DNA from: Antedon mediterranea
Lineage: Eukaryota > Animalia > Echinodermata
Assembly: GCF_964355755.1 (NCBI RefSeq)
Contig: NC_092672.1
Span: 9,548,001-9,612,000, forward strand
DNA length: 64,000 bases
Reading direction: 5' to 3'
Below the pieces are notes generated by a model, which was not told the origin of the DNA, did not search any database, and worked only from the letters and a program-made list of their open reading frames with translations. Positions 14,701 to 29,700 of this stretch are shown here, piece after piece. Positions within the stretch are counted from its first letter, which is position 1. Each line of letters begins with the position of its first letter. The position numbers and the translations under genes were made by a program.

Positions 14701-17700
14701 AGTTTTTTATCACAAACATTTTCGATGGACCATCTTCTAATTTCTGAAAGCAGATATTTTAGAATGACAACTTTTCACAAAAACATGAGCTTTTTATATT
14801 ACATTCCGGGAAAAAATGGCAAAAGTTTTCCTACTTTCTACGATTTTTATCAGATAATCTATATCTAGTTTTTTCGACAACTCTTGTAACATGGCAACAT
14901 TGCTGATTTTGCCATATTTCCTCTAACTGATTAATCTCTTTGAACTCCTTGGGCAACTTTACGTGTCACACATTCAGATCTCTGAATACAATTTAATTTG
15001 TCTGTTCTTTCAAATTGAAAAGTCAGTTCTATAATGTTAATTTTACTAATTATAACAACTAATAAATAAAACATTTAATTACTTAACAAAGTCATTAAAA
15101 TTTACAAATTCTATAATGCTGTATAATAAACTTTGAAAATAAAAACCACCGCTACGTACGAGCTACAGGTTAATATAATCCTATCATAGCAGATAGTTAA
15201 ATTGTTTTTAGGGAAACATAAAACATAGTCACAGGTTAATCCCACCATTGCATGTTAAGAATACAACCAGAGTATCATTAAATTGGATTTACACTTTCAC
15301 ACTTAAAGTTTCACTTTACAATTTGTAAACATGCAATTTCACGACAAAACTTATCGATCGATTTTACACAGTGCGGACACATGTTGAATATGCACGGCTA
15401 GCTGTTATTATCAAGAAAGGCGACAAAATGCAGAGAATAGTTGCACTAATGTTACACTCTGTAAACAAAACTTAATATCTAGAAGAGTATCAAATATCTT
15501 CAATTTGAAGGATCAGATTACACCAATTACTTAGTGAATGTGGCCTAGAGTACGGATGACAATCATCCCCTACACAAATCTATCTATATGTCAAAATATT
15601 ACAGGCTATGTAACCGCGATTTTAAATTTATTTATCAGTTTAGTAACAGCCCTGTTACATTCTTTTATAAGGGCCACATGCACAATTAGGCTAAAATTGT
15701 GAGTGGAGTTGTGGTTATGATGCTAGGCTACGTCCACTCCAATGGTCCTGGGTTTAAGCCCCCGTCACATGTCAGGACAAAATTACAACTTCACTCTCAA
15801 AGACTTGAAATAAGACTTTGTTTATGTAGAGCATCTTGTTTGTCTTGTGAACCTCAGAAGGTCCCTAATGATCAGCAATTGCTGGATGGATTCACCCTTA
15901 TTAAATATGGTAGATTAAATAAAAAAAGAAAAAATACAAAATCCCTTACAGGTCTATATTCTGAACCATCAAATAATTGAATTTATACATCCGTTTTTCT
16001 GCAGATGATACAGTATATTGGGAGTCTCGCACAGACATTTTTATAATAAAACAAAAAATAATAGAACATTTAAATGATAACAATTTACCTGGTCCAAGTG
16101 CGAAAGCAACAACAAATGCTATGACAGCAACAATACTCAAGTATGATGATGAGCCCCACAAATCCTGAAAAATATTTAAATCACATTATGCATTTACGAA
16201 TCTTATATTTAACTGATTTATACTTTGTAACAGTTAAAGGTACATTTAAATGCGAACAAATTATACACACTCCCAATACTAAACTCTTTGAAAACTGGAC
16301 AGTTTTCCCAAAATGTTTCCTTTTTACCCTGAAAAAAAAAACATTCAGAATACCAGACTTTTCATAAAACCAGACATATTGGACCAGAAAAATGGAACAG
16401 TAAAGGTAAGAAGAAGACTGAATTGGTACGGCCAATTTCCAGATATGATAAGTCACCCTCAAACTAGCTTTAAAGGAAGATAAAAAGGTAAAGAAACATT
16501 TTGGAATACCAAACCAATTATATTTATACTGTAGATACAGCATGAATTGAAAATAATCCAATTTAATTATGCGTAGATCTTCAGTTTGCAAAAGATCTCT
16601 TAGGTCGACCACTAATCAATCTGCACTTTTTGATTCACCCAGCCACCTTAAGACCTATGGTGATCGAGCTTTTGCATTTGCAGCTTCTAAACTGTGGAAC
16701 AATCTTCCTACTTATTATAAATTCATCCACTAGTCATATTTTTTAAAACCCTCTTAAAAACCCATCTTTTTTCTTTGTAATTTCTTTTTGCTTTTTCTCT
16801 CAGCGCTTGAGACAATCTTTTGATTGTATAATTATAAGCGCTATTTAAATCAAACAACATTACATTACCAAAGTACAAGTGAGGGATTACAAAAATGTAT
16901 TTGCCGCTGATCATCAACACATTTGACCAAGTGGTGGATAGTAATCAGAGATATACTATTGTTGTATTCAATTTGTTATACAAAATTATTTCATAATTTT
17001 AGTATATTTTTTTGTTCAAATTATTGAAACATTATTTTATCTCTTAATATCCAAGGTTCAGTTAAGACACTCCTGACCCATGACAAGAATAGTAGAAAAG
17101 TAAAAATATTGTACTCAACACAACTGAATTAGATTTTCAAGTACATTTCTTATTATTTTATTATGAAATTGACAAATCACAAAACAGAATAATTTACCAG
17201 CCTCTGTATATAAAGAAAGACATTAAAAAACCGAAAATACACAAAATATACTAACACAATGTGTTTGTTGAACTTTCTATATGAAACTGATGGCTTCAAA
17301 ATAAATATGAAACTTATAACAATTACTTTCATAAATAATACAGAACACTGAAAGATTTGTTATACATAACACTATATCTTTATTCTGACTAATCTGATTG
17401 GTTCTTTAGGACTTTCACATCAATAGTATGCTATTATAGATTTTTATTAATGATTTTGGTTTCATTTCATTTCAAACTGTTGAACAGTTACATTATGTAT
17501 ATAGTGTGAAGATTAGGTGAGTACAATTATTATTAGTTGATTGTACAAATTATACTTGAACCATGTCAAAATTATTCTACTTTGGTTACTACAAGTTTAT
17601 TACTTTGTAAACTAGAACGTCACTCCTAGAGTGCATACCTTCGCCTACTGTAAAATTCTCCTACATAAGATTTCACTGGAAATTAATTTTTGCATCTTAA

Positions 17701-20700
17701 TGCTGTTTGTGATTAGGCTAATTTTACTACAACCATGTGTATGTGAATTTGGTGTAATGGTAATATGTAACAAGCCTTTTAACTAACAATAGCTTCAGTT
17801 GACTAACAATAGAACAGCAACGGAAAAACCAAACGGGTGAATTTGAAAAGAAAGAGGTCTTTTAAACTACTCGTTTAAAAAAAACCTGTACATTAAATCA
17901 TGTTATGTTTTAAAATTACAAATCAAAATTACAACTCTTGCCTCTTGTAGAAAAAGGAAATTTTTTAGACAAGTAGTTCTCGAGAACATACAATTTCAGT
18001 TTACTTGTTTACTGTAAGACTGCTTGCCAGCTTTTGAAAATTCTCTCCTATCTTTTAACACTAGCAGGTCTGAAAATAATACTAAAAAGTGGTCCAGAAT
18101 TGGGACCGTGGTCCGGATTGCCCACCTGTCCTTGATCACCTACCATATCTATCTGTATTTTCATTTTGGTAAAGTTCTTGCAATAACTTTATGAGTAATC
18201 CTTCTAACAAACAAACAAACAGACACACAAGATCGACTGAGTTTTTTAATAGAACAAAACAGACATTACTTTCTATAATATAAATTATGCTTAATTCTAT
18301 TAAAAGAATAGATACAAAAACTGGCTAAATAATACTCAATTTAGCTGTCTCAATTTGATATTTAAATTTATTTGTTTCATTTTTCTTTCTTGCACAAGTT
18401 AAAGGGTTTTTGGTTGCCATATTTCAATTTGGTAGTAGCTAGGATGCATTTAAAACTGCCAAAACTTCTGTACACAATATTCGGCTTACTCCCTTTAGAG
18501 ACTCTTGCGACAGTTACTTTACCAATGTCCACGATACGTACTTTGTACATGTAAATTTATACCGCATGTCATACATGGTATGTTTATGCTATTAGTTACC
18601 AATTGGTTTTTAGAGTGTAGTTCAATTTGATGGTACAAGTTAGGGACAAGCAAAATTTGTAAAATGTCCAGTAACTTGTGGGGTACCAAACATTAAGAAA
18701 ATATACTAAAATATCCGTACAAACACAACATTGATTAAGTAGTACAAAAGACAAAAAACATCTATTTTAAAAATTTGACTGGCCATATACAGTATGATAA
18801 TCACGTCGCAGCATCCAGTACATATAATTTGACATAAATTCATATCTACAACTGATGCACAACTTCATATAAAGGTCTATATTCAAAATGTATTGTATAC
18901 AAATTTTAACCCTTCCTGACAAAATTGGAGGAAAGGCAAATAATACAGAAAATAAGAATAACTGCCCACTGCGGACAACCAAATCAATACTTTGTTTTGC
19001 ACCTTTCTATTTCTTTTTTCAAAAGTAAATAAATTGCTAAATTTATTCTTAAATCTATAAATAATAAGTGTATGTCTAATGCTTATTTATCTATATTACA
19101 TTTCTACATAAATGTATAATATTTCATTTAAGTTCCTTATTATTTTTATGAAACTGAAAGTTACTGTTCATAAACATATCAGAATTCTATACTTATGAAG
19201 CTTAAAACAAGTATTATTAAATTATTCTGTTGATTAAGTATAAAATATTTTTAATGATTATTTTAAAATTGTTAAAAAGTTTTTCAGTCAAAACCACTCA
19301 AAACATTATTTAAAAAAATCCAGGTATAGACAAATTTTAATTTTTATTGTAATTTGTATTATTTAAAAATAAGTAAATTTCTATCACTGGGCTTAGAATT
19401 TCTTCTATGCCAAATTCATAAATATCTGTATCAATATATAATCAGAATGTTTGTTTTAAGCCTCATTCGCACTGGACTTTAATCCGGTCAAATTTTAGAG
19501 TGAGATCTTATCGAGGACACGGGTAACATTTTTGGTAACTCTTACCGTCGTTTGCACTTGGACTAATTACACTCGGTAAGTCTCCCCAACAAAAAAGTTT
19601 GACACACGCTGAAACACATGCGTTAATTGTCATACAAATCAGCCATTCTGCACAAAAGCAGGCAACTGACAGTAGACACCACGAAAGCAAAGAAAATTGT
19701 GTAATGATGAGCAGAATAAAAGCAGTATAAACGATCAAAAGTCGAAAACCAGAAAGAAAGAAGAACAAAGCAAAACATGCAAATTGTTTGAAGCGTCCGG
19801 TCACATTGATTATACGCATGCGTCACAGCCCAGCAGAGCGATAAAGGACACCCAATTGCGATCAAGTTGGACTTTCTAGGCCCGTAACTCTCACTCTGTC
19901 AGTCTTCCTGAGACAATCTAACTCTGGAGGATTGACCGGCCGCGACGGTAAGTTTTACGGAGTGAGACTTCATGGGCTGTTCGCACTTGGATTTTTTCCG
20001 GTCAAATCGTTTGACTCTCTGTTAGTTTGACCGGATTCCAGTGCGAATGAGGCTTAAGTAAAAATATAAAGACCTTATGGTATGCAAAATCCAAAAATGT
20101 CTATGTAAACGTCTAGTATCTCAAACATCTTGTTTCTGAGTAATTAATAATATTCATTAGTTAATTTTGATACAACTATATATTTTTTATTTTTAACAAA
20201 TAATCTTCCCACCTGCCCAATTGTGAATTTATTTTAAAATTTTTTATTTTATTTTTCAGATCTTGAAGAGTATACTAGAAATACTGTACTGTTCAAAATT
20301 ATCAGAAAATGACAAATAGATGTCTGCAAGCAAAGATAATAACATATCAATTCTAAATCATACTGCATGTCAACACAAAATGGATGCTAAATATACACTA
20401 GGATTAGTTTGAAGGGAACACAACGTTTTTGAAGTTTTTAGGTATTTGCTTGTTAAAACATGGCGAAAGAACTGATTATTGCTGTTATTTCAGCCATCAT
20501 CGGAACTGCTTTATTGTATAAAATATTTTCAATGTGCTATAAAAAATTCTGTAAAAGACAGTACATAGATTATGTACCAGATGACAGTGAACATGGTGAT
20601 AATGTGGTATTTGAATCCGACTGCAGTGAAACCTGCGGAAGTAACTTGCACATAAAAGATACAGATTTTTCAGAAAAGCAAGATGAAGACAACGAAAGAG

Positions 20701-23700
20701 GGCGCAAGCCATCAAATTCCTTATTACGAAGGATTGGCTTCCCAAATTTTATTCACATTGGTATGAAACTCTCTGAAAGAAGAGTTTCACACGGCGCACG
20801 ACATTTATCGACATTTAATCCCAGTGGGAAACGCAAGGACGACACCAAATTACAAATGGAGAAAAATCCACTGGCAATTGAAGATCAAGATAATAAACAA
20901 AATACTGATGACAACGTTTCACAAAGAAGATGTGGGCAGGAACATGAAAATACCATCCAGCAGGTGTTCGTGGAAGTGCACAAACCTTCAGTTCCACTAG
21001 ACATATCTGGAGCCAAAGTGATAGAACATGAATTTGAAGACCTCTATCTCACTCCTATGATCGGTCATGAAAGCATTAATTTCCATTCTAAGATTTCCAA
21101 TCATTTATCAAAAAGTGAAGACATACTACACAAAAAAGTTGATTCCAAATCTAGTGAGAGTATGGAGCAAAACTTCAAATTAACTTCAGACTACAAACAA
21201 CGGGACAATATGCTGCCAAGTGCATCTATGGATAACCTTCCCTGTACAAACAGATCACCAGATGAGTTTGAAAAGGGCTTGGTGTATAGCAGACCTAAAG
21301 AAAGCTATTTAGCTGATGAAGTTCAAGAAAGTCCTGTCTATCATTTACCCAATGAAACCTATTCTTCAGACAACAATTTAGCTGATCAGATTCAAGAGAA
21401 TCCCGCCTATCATTACCATAATGAACGTTATTCCACAGGCAACGATTCAGCTGATCAGGTTCCAGAAAGCCTAGTGTATCATTTACCAAATGATACCTTT
21501 TCTACAAGCAGCTATAATACATATTCTGATACAGAATGTGCTATGGACACTGCCGATGCAGCTGTATCGAACTTAGAACACGATACATATGTACCGATGA
21601 GGCCCACAAACAGACCAATCTTTGATATGAATGAATGCTTTTATATGAACACACCATTAGACAAAACGTTTCAAAGGAGGACTTTTAAGGATATAATTAA
21701 AAAAAAATAATGCGAAAATTTGATTTTAAAAAATCAATGAAAAAACATATATGTAAATGTGTTAATGATAGAAATACTGTACTGTTCTAATTTTACAAAG
21801 GTGAAATTGTATTGAATCACATCTCTTAAAATTCATATGTAAATTTATTTTTTTTATTTTAGAAATTAAACAATTTTAAATACAGTTTTTACAAGTAAAA
21901 TTGAAAGTTCAATTAAAATAAATGTGGGTTTTCCCCACAAATTAAAAAACAATTTAATAGTAGCGTATTTCAAATACAAACCAGTTTGTATTACTCTAAA
22001 ACATATTTAAGGGCAATTTACACAAACGAGCGTTAACGGCAAGCGGGAAAAATGTATGCCTGTCCTACGTAATATCTGTATCTATCCTGAGGGGGGATTT
22101 CTGCCCGAACTGCCCGTCCACTACGTAAATGTTAATAAGAAATAACATAGATTCTATATTTTTTTTTCCACTATATAATCTGTATAGATTGGCCATTAAG
22201 CTGCTTATTATTTACTGAAAGTTATGTAAACAGATATTTATATTTATCAAATAAAAAAAATATTATCTTGATTTTTTTTTCCAAAATCAATGTTGTACAG
22301 TAGGTACATTACTTTTATTGAATAAAACAAAGTTCTACTGTAAACTTGTCTATATAATAATTGATTGCCTTTTATACTTTTACCAAAGAACTTATAACAC
22401 AAGAATCTCCTGTTCGTCCTAAGCGCGTAACAATTTCGAAAGGCATTGTGGGATAGAATAAAGCTATGGGTGGAGCCATTGTGAGCCATGGAGTAGGGCG
22501 CCCGCATCAAAATCATAGAGGGGATCTGCTAATGCTCTAGGGGGGATAGAGTAATTGACTGAGGAGTAGGGCGCCCGCATCAAATTAGAAAGTCAAAATC
22601 ATAGAGGGGTTGTGCTAATACTCTAGGGGGGGTAGAGTAATTGACTTCCTAGTTTGGAGGGGGCGCTGCTCCATGCTGTGAAATGGCGTCGCCCAGTTTG
22701 ACCTTTTAACCCTGTACTTCCGATACTGTGTTTTGAATGCAAATTGAAGAACAGGAGATTCTTGTGTTATAAGTTCTTTGCTTTTACTAAAAATTGTCAA
22801 ATCGCAATTTTGACAAGTTATAAAAGGAAAGGACCAACTATAACAAAGCAACTTTAAAAAACTTTTACTGATGTGCTTTGTAATACAATATCTAAACCAG
22901 GAAACTGTATTAGGCTAGAAAGTGAAATACTGAATGTATATTTGTTATGTACCATAGAACAACTTACAGTTTCAATATGAATTGCAACATAATGCAGTAT
23001 AAAAAACATTAATTAGTGTAATGTAATGACAACAATTTATAACTACTGTGCATGCGTTATGCAGAAGTAGGAAATAATTTTAAGCTGAAATGTATGAACT
23101 GAACAAGGAGTTTAACAACCATCAATCAGATTCACGAGAGCTATTAAAATTTACATTAATCAGCAAATAAAACTGAGATTAAACAGCCGAAACAGCAAAA
23201 AATAGTGAAACTTCTGTATGGCAATCAGCAAAGTTTGGCCTAGTTCGCATTCTTGAGTATTCATATAAACTCTTTGAAATACATACAATTGCAAATTATT
23301 GTGTAACTCCCTTTATTTTGGATTTGTTTATACTGCAAGTAAGCTACACAATGGTTCTATAGTCTTGATTACTTGATCTTCCACAAACATTTAAAGACAC
23401 GGTCACTACAATTTTTGACGTTTTTAAAATATACTGAATAAAACCATTAAACCAGGTCATTCGTTCTTAAATGTACGTTTTATGGTAAATTATGATAAAA
23501 AAGAGAGAAACAATGCACTATCTAAGTAGCTTGTGTCAAATGTCCTTCCCTGGACGGTCTTTAGGCCTAGCCTAGGTAGGCTTATTTGGTAGGCCTAGCT
23601 GGAAAACCGTCGTAACGCTGGCCTAGCTTGAAAATTACACAAAAAAAGGTTTCCACCATGACACCTTTTGCCAGCCCAACTGACCTATTCGCTCACATTT

Positions 23701-26700
23701 TACTTCTGCCACATTGAAACTTACTTGTAAGAATTACTTTCAATATTTCTTTTTTTTTAAAATATATATTAAATAGATTTTAAGAAAAAAAAAATACAAT
23801 ACCTTTGTTGCTAAAGAAACAGTTAAAATGCTGGCCCATAATGCCATCAAACCTAAACCCCATAAATGAAGGGTTCTTCGTCCAGTCTTGTCCATTAAAG
23901 GAATCTAAAATAAAAACAATTGTTAAATGAAAATTATGTGAGAAACTTTTAAATCTATTACAAACACATTCATAGAACCTTATACATTATAAAGCTTTGT
24001 CTACACTATTAAACTATTTTGACAAAAAAATCATCACATTTTTGTTGTCAAATAAAGATTGATAGTGTAGACAGAGCTTAAGATAGGATTTATGCTAATA
24101 TAAAAAGTTTCTACAACTCCAAACAATAGAGGGTGCTATAACAATCATTCTTATTTGTGAGTAGCATGGTACAACAGTCTAGTGGCAAAGGTTTCATATT
24201 GGACTTGTTTAAAATAAAAGCAAGTTTATCCTTGCTCATTGTTCCTAAAAGATACAGTGACACAAATAATAATAGTTCAGGTTTTATAATTATTTATTAA
24301 CTCGTTTGTTTTGAGATATAGCTCCTTGGACTCTTCTTGCTTCGATTAAGGCTGACCTCCTAACTTGTAAAAATGAAATATATTTTCAAAATCATTTTCA
24401 AGCTATAGAGGGTGCTATACAATTTTTTTAAATACATACACACATACAAACCTTTAAAAATGGAGAGGTATTGGAAAACCTGGGCTGGATGTTGGACGTG
24501 CCAAAGGCGGAAAATACGATGCCAACTCATTATTTAACTTAACTAACAATACACGAATTTATTATCCATCTTACGGACCAAAATTTTTTTCTTTATCTAG
24601 AGTAATATAATAGAAATTAGATAAACTTATCTAAAATATTGGAAGGAAATTGCACTTCTGGAGGTCTGATTGACTCCTATTACCGAAAACCTCTTTAGAT
24701 CATATAAAAAATAAATAGTTTCTGCTACACAAAACAATAGAGGGTGCTACATATGCCAATATTTCTTATCCTTTGTCACTAATGCTGGTCTATAAATAAC
24801 TTTTCAGGTATTGTTACAATTAATTGACCACCTACTCCTCTAGATAATTGTAAAAAAAAACAAGCCTTACAGTGACTATGGTCATGATAACCATTACAGT
24901 ACCAGTGCTGAGAGTTGCGTAAGCGCTCTTATCAGGGTCAATACCGGCGTCTTCAAATATAGAAGTGGAGTAATATAGTACCTACAATTAAAACAAACAT
25001 GTTGTTAACACTTAAATATCAATTTCATCTGCTAAATAACATTTGGATCAATTGTTTTCCACATAGAAACATCATAAAAATGAAGAATGTAGGGTGTATC
25101 TTTATATGATAGAGAGCAATACTGTACTACATCTATTTAAGAAAACTGAAAATAGTTTATTTGAGCTCAGCAGTGTAAAAAGAGGCATGTATTCTTCCAA
25201 ACCTTGGACATTTTTGTAACAAAACTCAGAGTTTGCAAACTAATTAATCACTATAAATGTTTAATAAAATGATTTTTTTATGAATTATATTATAATCCAA
25301 TAGATAAATATACAAATAGCTTGTTTTAACTGATATCACTCCTTAAAAACTTTTATTTGAAAACAAAATTGACATTACTCCATTGATTCCGGAAAGCTGC
25401 TGGGAGAGTTGCATGACTATACTGATGATAAGAGGAAGCCGCAAGGACTTCATCTGGAAGAGTTGCTTAACGGAAACCTTATCCTCTTTTTGTTCGTTAT
25501 CATATTCAGCTTGCATTTCATTGATGTCGTAGCTCACATCATTCAAGTTTCGCAACCTCTTCAGAGCTGGGGAGAAAATGTAATTCATTCATTTAGCTTT
25601 TTCGCCATAATCTCATCATAATTAATTTTGACAAAATGCTGAGGGGGGAAAACAGTAAAATAAAAAACGATAATAAAAACGTTAAAAAAAGATAGTCTGT
25701 GATGGCAACTCTAGAAATGGCACTACTGACAAAAAAAATGTTTTTCCTGATTTAAATAAACAATTTATTAAAAAACCCAAACCTTTTTCTGCTTCCTTAG
25801 GTTGATCTTTGTTGATAAGCAAATATCTTGGACTTTCCGGGCAAAATGGCAAAACTAAAATTTGAAAAATAGCAGGCACCGCGGTTAAACCTAGTAGAAG
25901 TGCCCACAAGTCTTCAGTACCTAAAACAAACATACAATAATTGTATACTAAATTAAAATGTCCATTATTAGTATTAATCGAATAAATTTGATTGAAAGCC
26001 CTGCATGAAATCATGAATGAATTTTCAAAATGTTCGAAAACAACCATAACCCGATCTTGTGTGAACATGTTGTATGCAAGTCTCAGGTCAAAGGTTATGC
26101 TCTGGCAGACACACTTGCATGAGAAAAATAATCTTAAAATACAATGCATACAGACGGTGGTATTTTTTGTGGTCTAAAATGCTTACAATACTATGTAATG
26201 CCTGGGGTTGGCAAGACAAGGTGAAAGATAGGCAATCGCATAGGCTGATGAAATCAATTATATAACTTTTAAAACTATTACCTATGTCACAAGATTTAAA
26301 ATATTACATAACAATAAAAAAAAATTATATAATATAATGAATTATTCATCTTTTAAAATTTCAATGTTTTAATGCGGGAATATCAATTTAACTTTCTACC
26401 AGCAAAAAGTACATACAATCCTCACACACCAGCATTATTTACAAAATAAGTCTACTATTAAGGCAATCAATGGCTCCTTACTGTAAAAGTATTATAATAA
26501 TTATTATTATTATTATTATACTAATTTAATTGCTTGTTCAAAAATAGATAAATAGACATTCAATTTACATAACCATGTTTTAATAAATATAGTTATTGTT
26601 ATACAGTATGCGGGAATATCAATTTAACTTTCTACCAGCAAAAAGTACATAGAGCATTGGGCTCCTTACTGTAAATTATAGTAATTGCATGTTCAAAAAT

Positions 26701-29700
26701 AGATAAATAGACATTCAATTTAGCATGGCATTTAGACTTGCCCCAAGTCTGTAACTATTATCTTTTTTTTTTATTTATTTGTTTTTATTTCGACCGCGAT
26801 TTTTGTCTGAAAATACAGACTTGTGAAACACGTATAGAAATCGATTTGCAGACCGCAAACATCCGATTAGAATGACGTAGGTTATCATACCGTATTTGGC
26901 TATATGGGGCGGGCGGTATGTAAATATGGATTTCGAATCAACCAATGATCATTTTGTTTCAAAATGAAAGGGATCGAGTACGTACGATCGAGACTGTTGA
27001 AATATAAAATCGTAATGCCAAGTTGTTTTGTTTATTAATTGTTTAGGCCTTGGCCTAGGCCTCTTTCGTAGGTCCTACTCAACTCGCACGTATGTATGAC
27101 CTGCCAAAAAACGCCAATAAAGTAGGCCTACATACCACCGGCACACAACAGGGCTACACCACCACACAGAACAGGACAGGGTCTGGGTGGGAATTAAATC
27201 AAAATTATCTCCGCGTAATAAATGATCCATTCTATGTTTGACTTGCGGAGAAGCTAGCATATCATATCAAGACGAGTTTTCATGTTCTTGGGAAAAATCC
27301 CATCAAATGTTTACCAGACTACTAGGCATATAAAATAATTTCTAGCCTTCAGAAACTTTCATAAATGTACCCAAGTACACGTTGTCTAAACGTAACTTAG
27401 CGCATGCGCATCATCTTAGTTGTTGAGTCTTTGAAATTCTGAAATATGAATATTAAAACGGTGTACGAGTGAGTAGCCAATCGCATGCAGCTGAAACTAG
27501 TCAACCGGATAATCGTATGCACCAAGAATTCTTGGTGTCAAACCACGTGACTTGTGTGTGTTTGCCCAGACGGAGTATCCAAAATCAAGTAGTATACATA
27601 TGAAACGCCATATGTGCCAAAATATTTATCTTTTTACTAATATTAAGACAAAACTCCGTCTGGAACCCAGACTACATGGCATTATTCAAGACAAAAAACA
27701 AAAACACCATCATAAAATAACCTGTTCACAGTTCTAAATAATTTATGTTATAATTTCTTATTTATTCATTTATTTATTTATAGTGGGTAACTTCTTCAAT
27801 AAAAGACCGGTCTTCCAGAGGACCCAGTTATGATCAGTATTTAACAAATAAATTGTTCTCATTTAAACATAAATGTTTTTGACAATTGAATCATTAAACA
27901 TAAATAATTGTTTAATTAACTGAATCTTCAGACATAATTAGTAAATTGACTTTCGGAAATTAAAGAACAAGATTTTAGGTAAAGAATAATGACGAGAATA
28001 TTTCCATGCGTTGAATGGTTGACTGCAATTTTAATCTTAGCAAACCTGATATAAAATAAACAGACAGATCAGATTCTATTCATTGAGTTTAGAAATATTC
28101 TGCTCTTTCAACAAATACAAAACATTCTTAATAATGAATTTATGAATCCGCTGATTCATATTAATATAATATTTTTGATTTATATAGCGCTATTCCTACG
28201 GGTATTGCTAAACACCGCAAACCCCGCAAACCCCCGCAAACCTAAAAAAAAAACATAGCAAACCCCATCGAACCAACATAAAAGTGATTGAATCATGTAG
28301 TGTACAACCCACTGGGTATATCAATGTAAAAAAAAAAAATTTAATTTCTACTGTTATTGTTAACAACTTATTTTTGGGGTAAAACATCATTTTTTGGTCA
28401 ACACTTTTATGTTGGTTCGATGGGGTTTGCTATGTTTTTTTGGAGGTTTGCGGGGTTTGCGGTGTTTAGCAATACCCATTCCTACTATTATTGCTCATGG
28501 CGCTGTGTATTTTAGATATTACACTTTTCAACTACATGCTTCTCTCCAGGGGTGACGTCATGTCAGTGCTGCCAATTCTAGAGTTCATTTGCCCGTAAGA
28601 CAGTTCAATGTGTGAACTACTACACTGGGATAAGTCCCTATTTGTCTCAAAAGATGTACTCAATTCTTTTAAAGTGCACACAAGCATTTTGAGTGGACCT
28701 ACGATTTATAGTCCTTATTCGAGAAGTTCTACTGTACCACCAGAACCATGGGGCGAATGAGCCTCGAACCCTTTCATTTAGTCATGTTTAAACAAAACCT
28801 GAAATGATATACTTCATTTTATAACTAGAAGAACACTCGGATAGCGCAAACATCCATAGGCATATGAACATTTATGACGTGCAGTAGCTATTTAAAACCA
28901 TCCTTAAAAATCTTATGAAAATCGAGCAATAACTTTTTGAGTATTCCTGCTAACTCACAATATAGAAAGAAACACACATACACAATCACACACAATCGAC
29001 CACATAACCTTACGCCACTCTGGCGGAGGTAATAACGAAATTGAAGCAAAATGTTAAAAATTGATGGTTATTTTTCTTGTAAATTGGTTAATAGGATTTA
29101 GATTACCAACAATCAAGAGATGAAAAATCTATAAATAGTCATGCATCAGTAGTATGAGTTCTGTTCTGTAAACAATATTTTTTATTTATTGTTTAATCAA
29201 ATAATTAATTATGACTGGTTATTGGTAAATAATATTTTTCAATGGCAAAATCATTACAACATCTGGATTTAATGTATAATTGATTGATTAGTTCATTAAT
29301 GAAAGATTGGTTCTCGTTAAATATTTTTATTTTTCAATTAAAATTAATTTTATTATTGGTATATACTGTACTATAAATATGGACACTATATTCGATCTGG
29401 ACCGTCAATATTTTACTATTTGAAAGTAACTAATCTGGTTACTACCGACTGTTAAAATGGTACCTATCGAAATAACATACACCGCGCATCACATTAGCGC
29501 GTAGAGCGATGGCTTGGCGCATTGTGTATCGGTCGCGCGCTAGCTATGCCGCCGAAGCATTACAAAGGTAGATACGATGGAAAAGCAGGTAGAGGAAGGA
29601 AGAGAAAAATGCTACTGGATAGACTTAAAAATGGAAACAAATATTATCAACTAAAGGATAAAGCATTAAATAGAGAAGAGTGGAAGAAAATGAATGTCAT

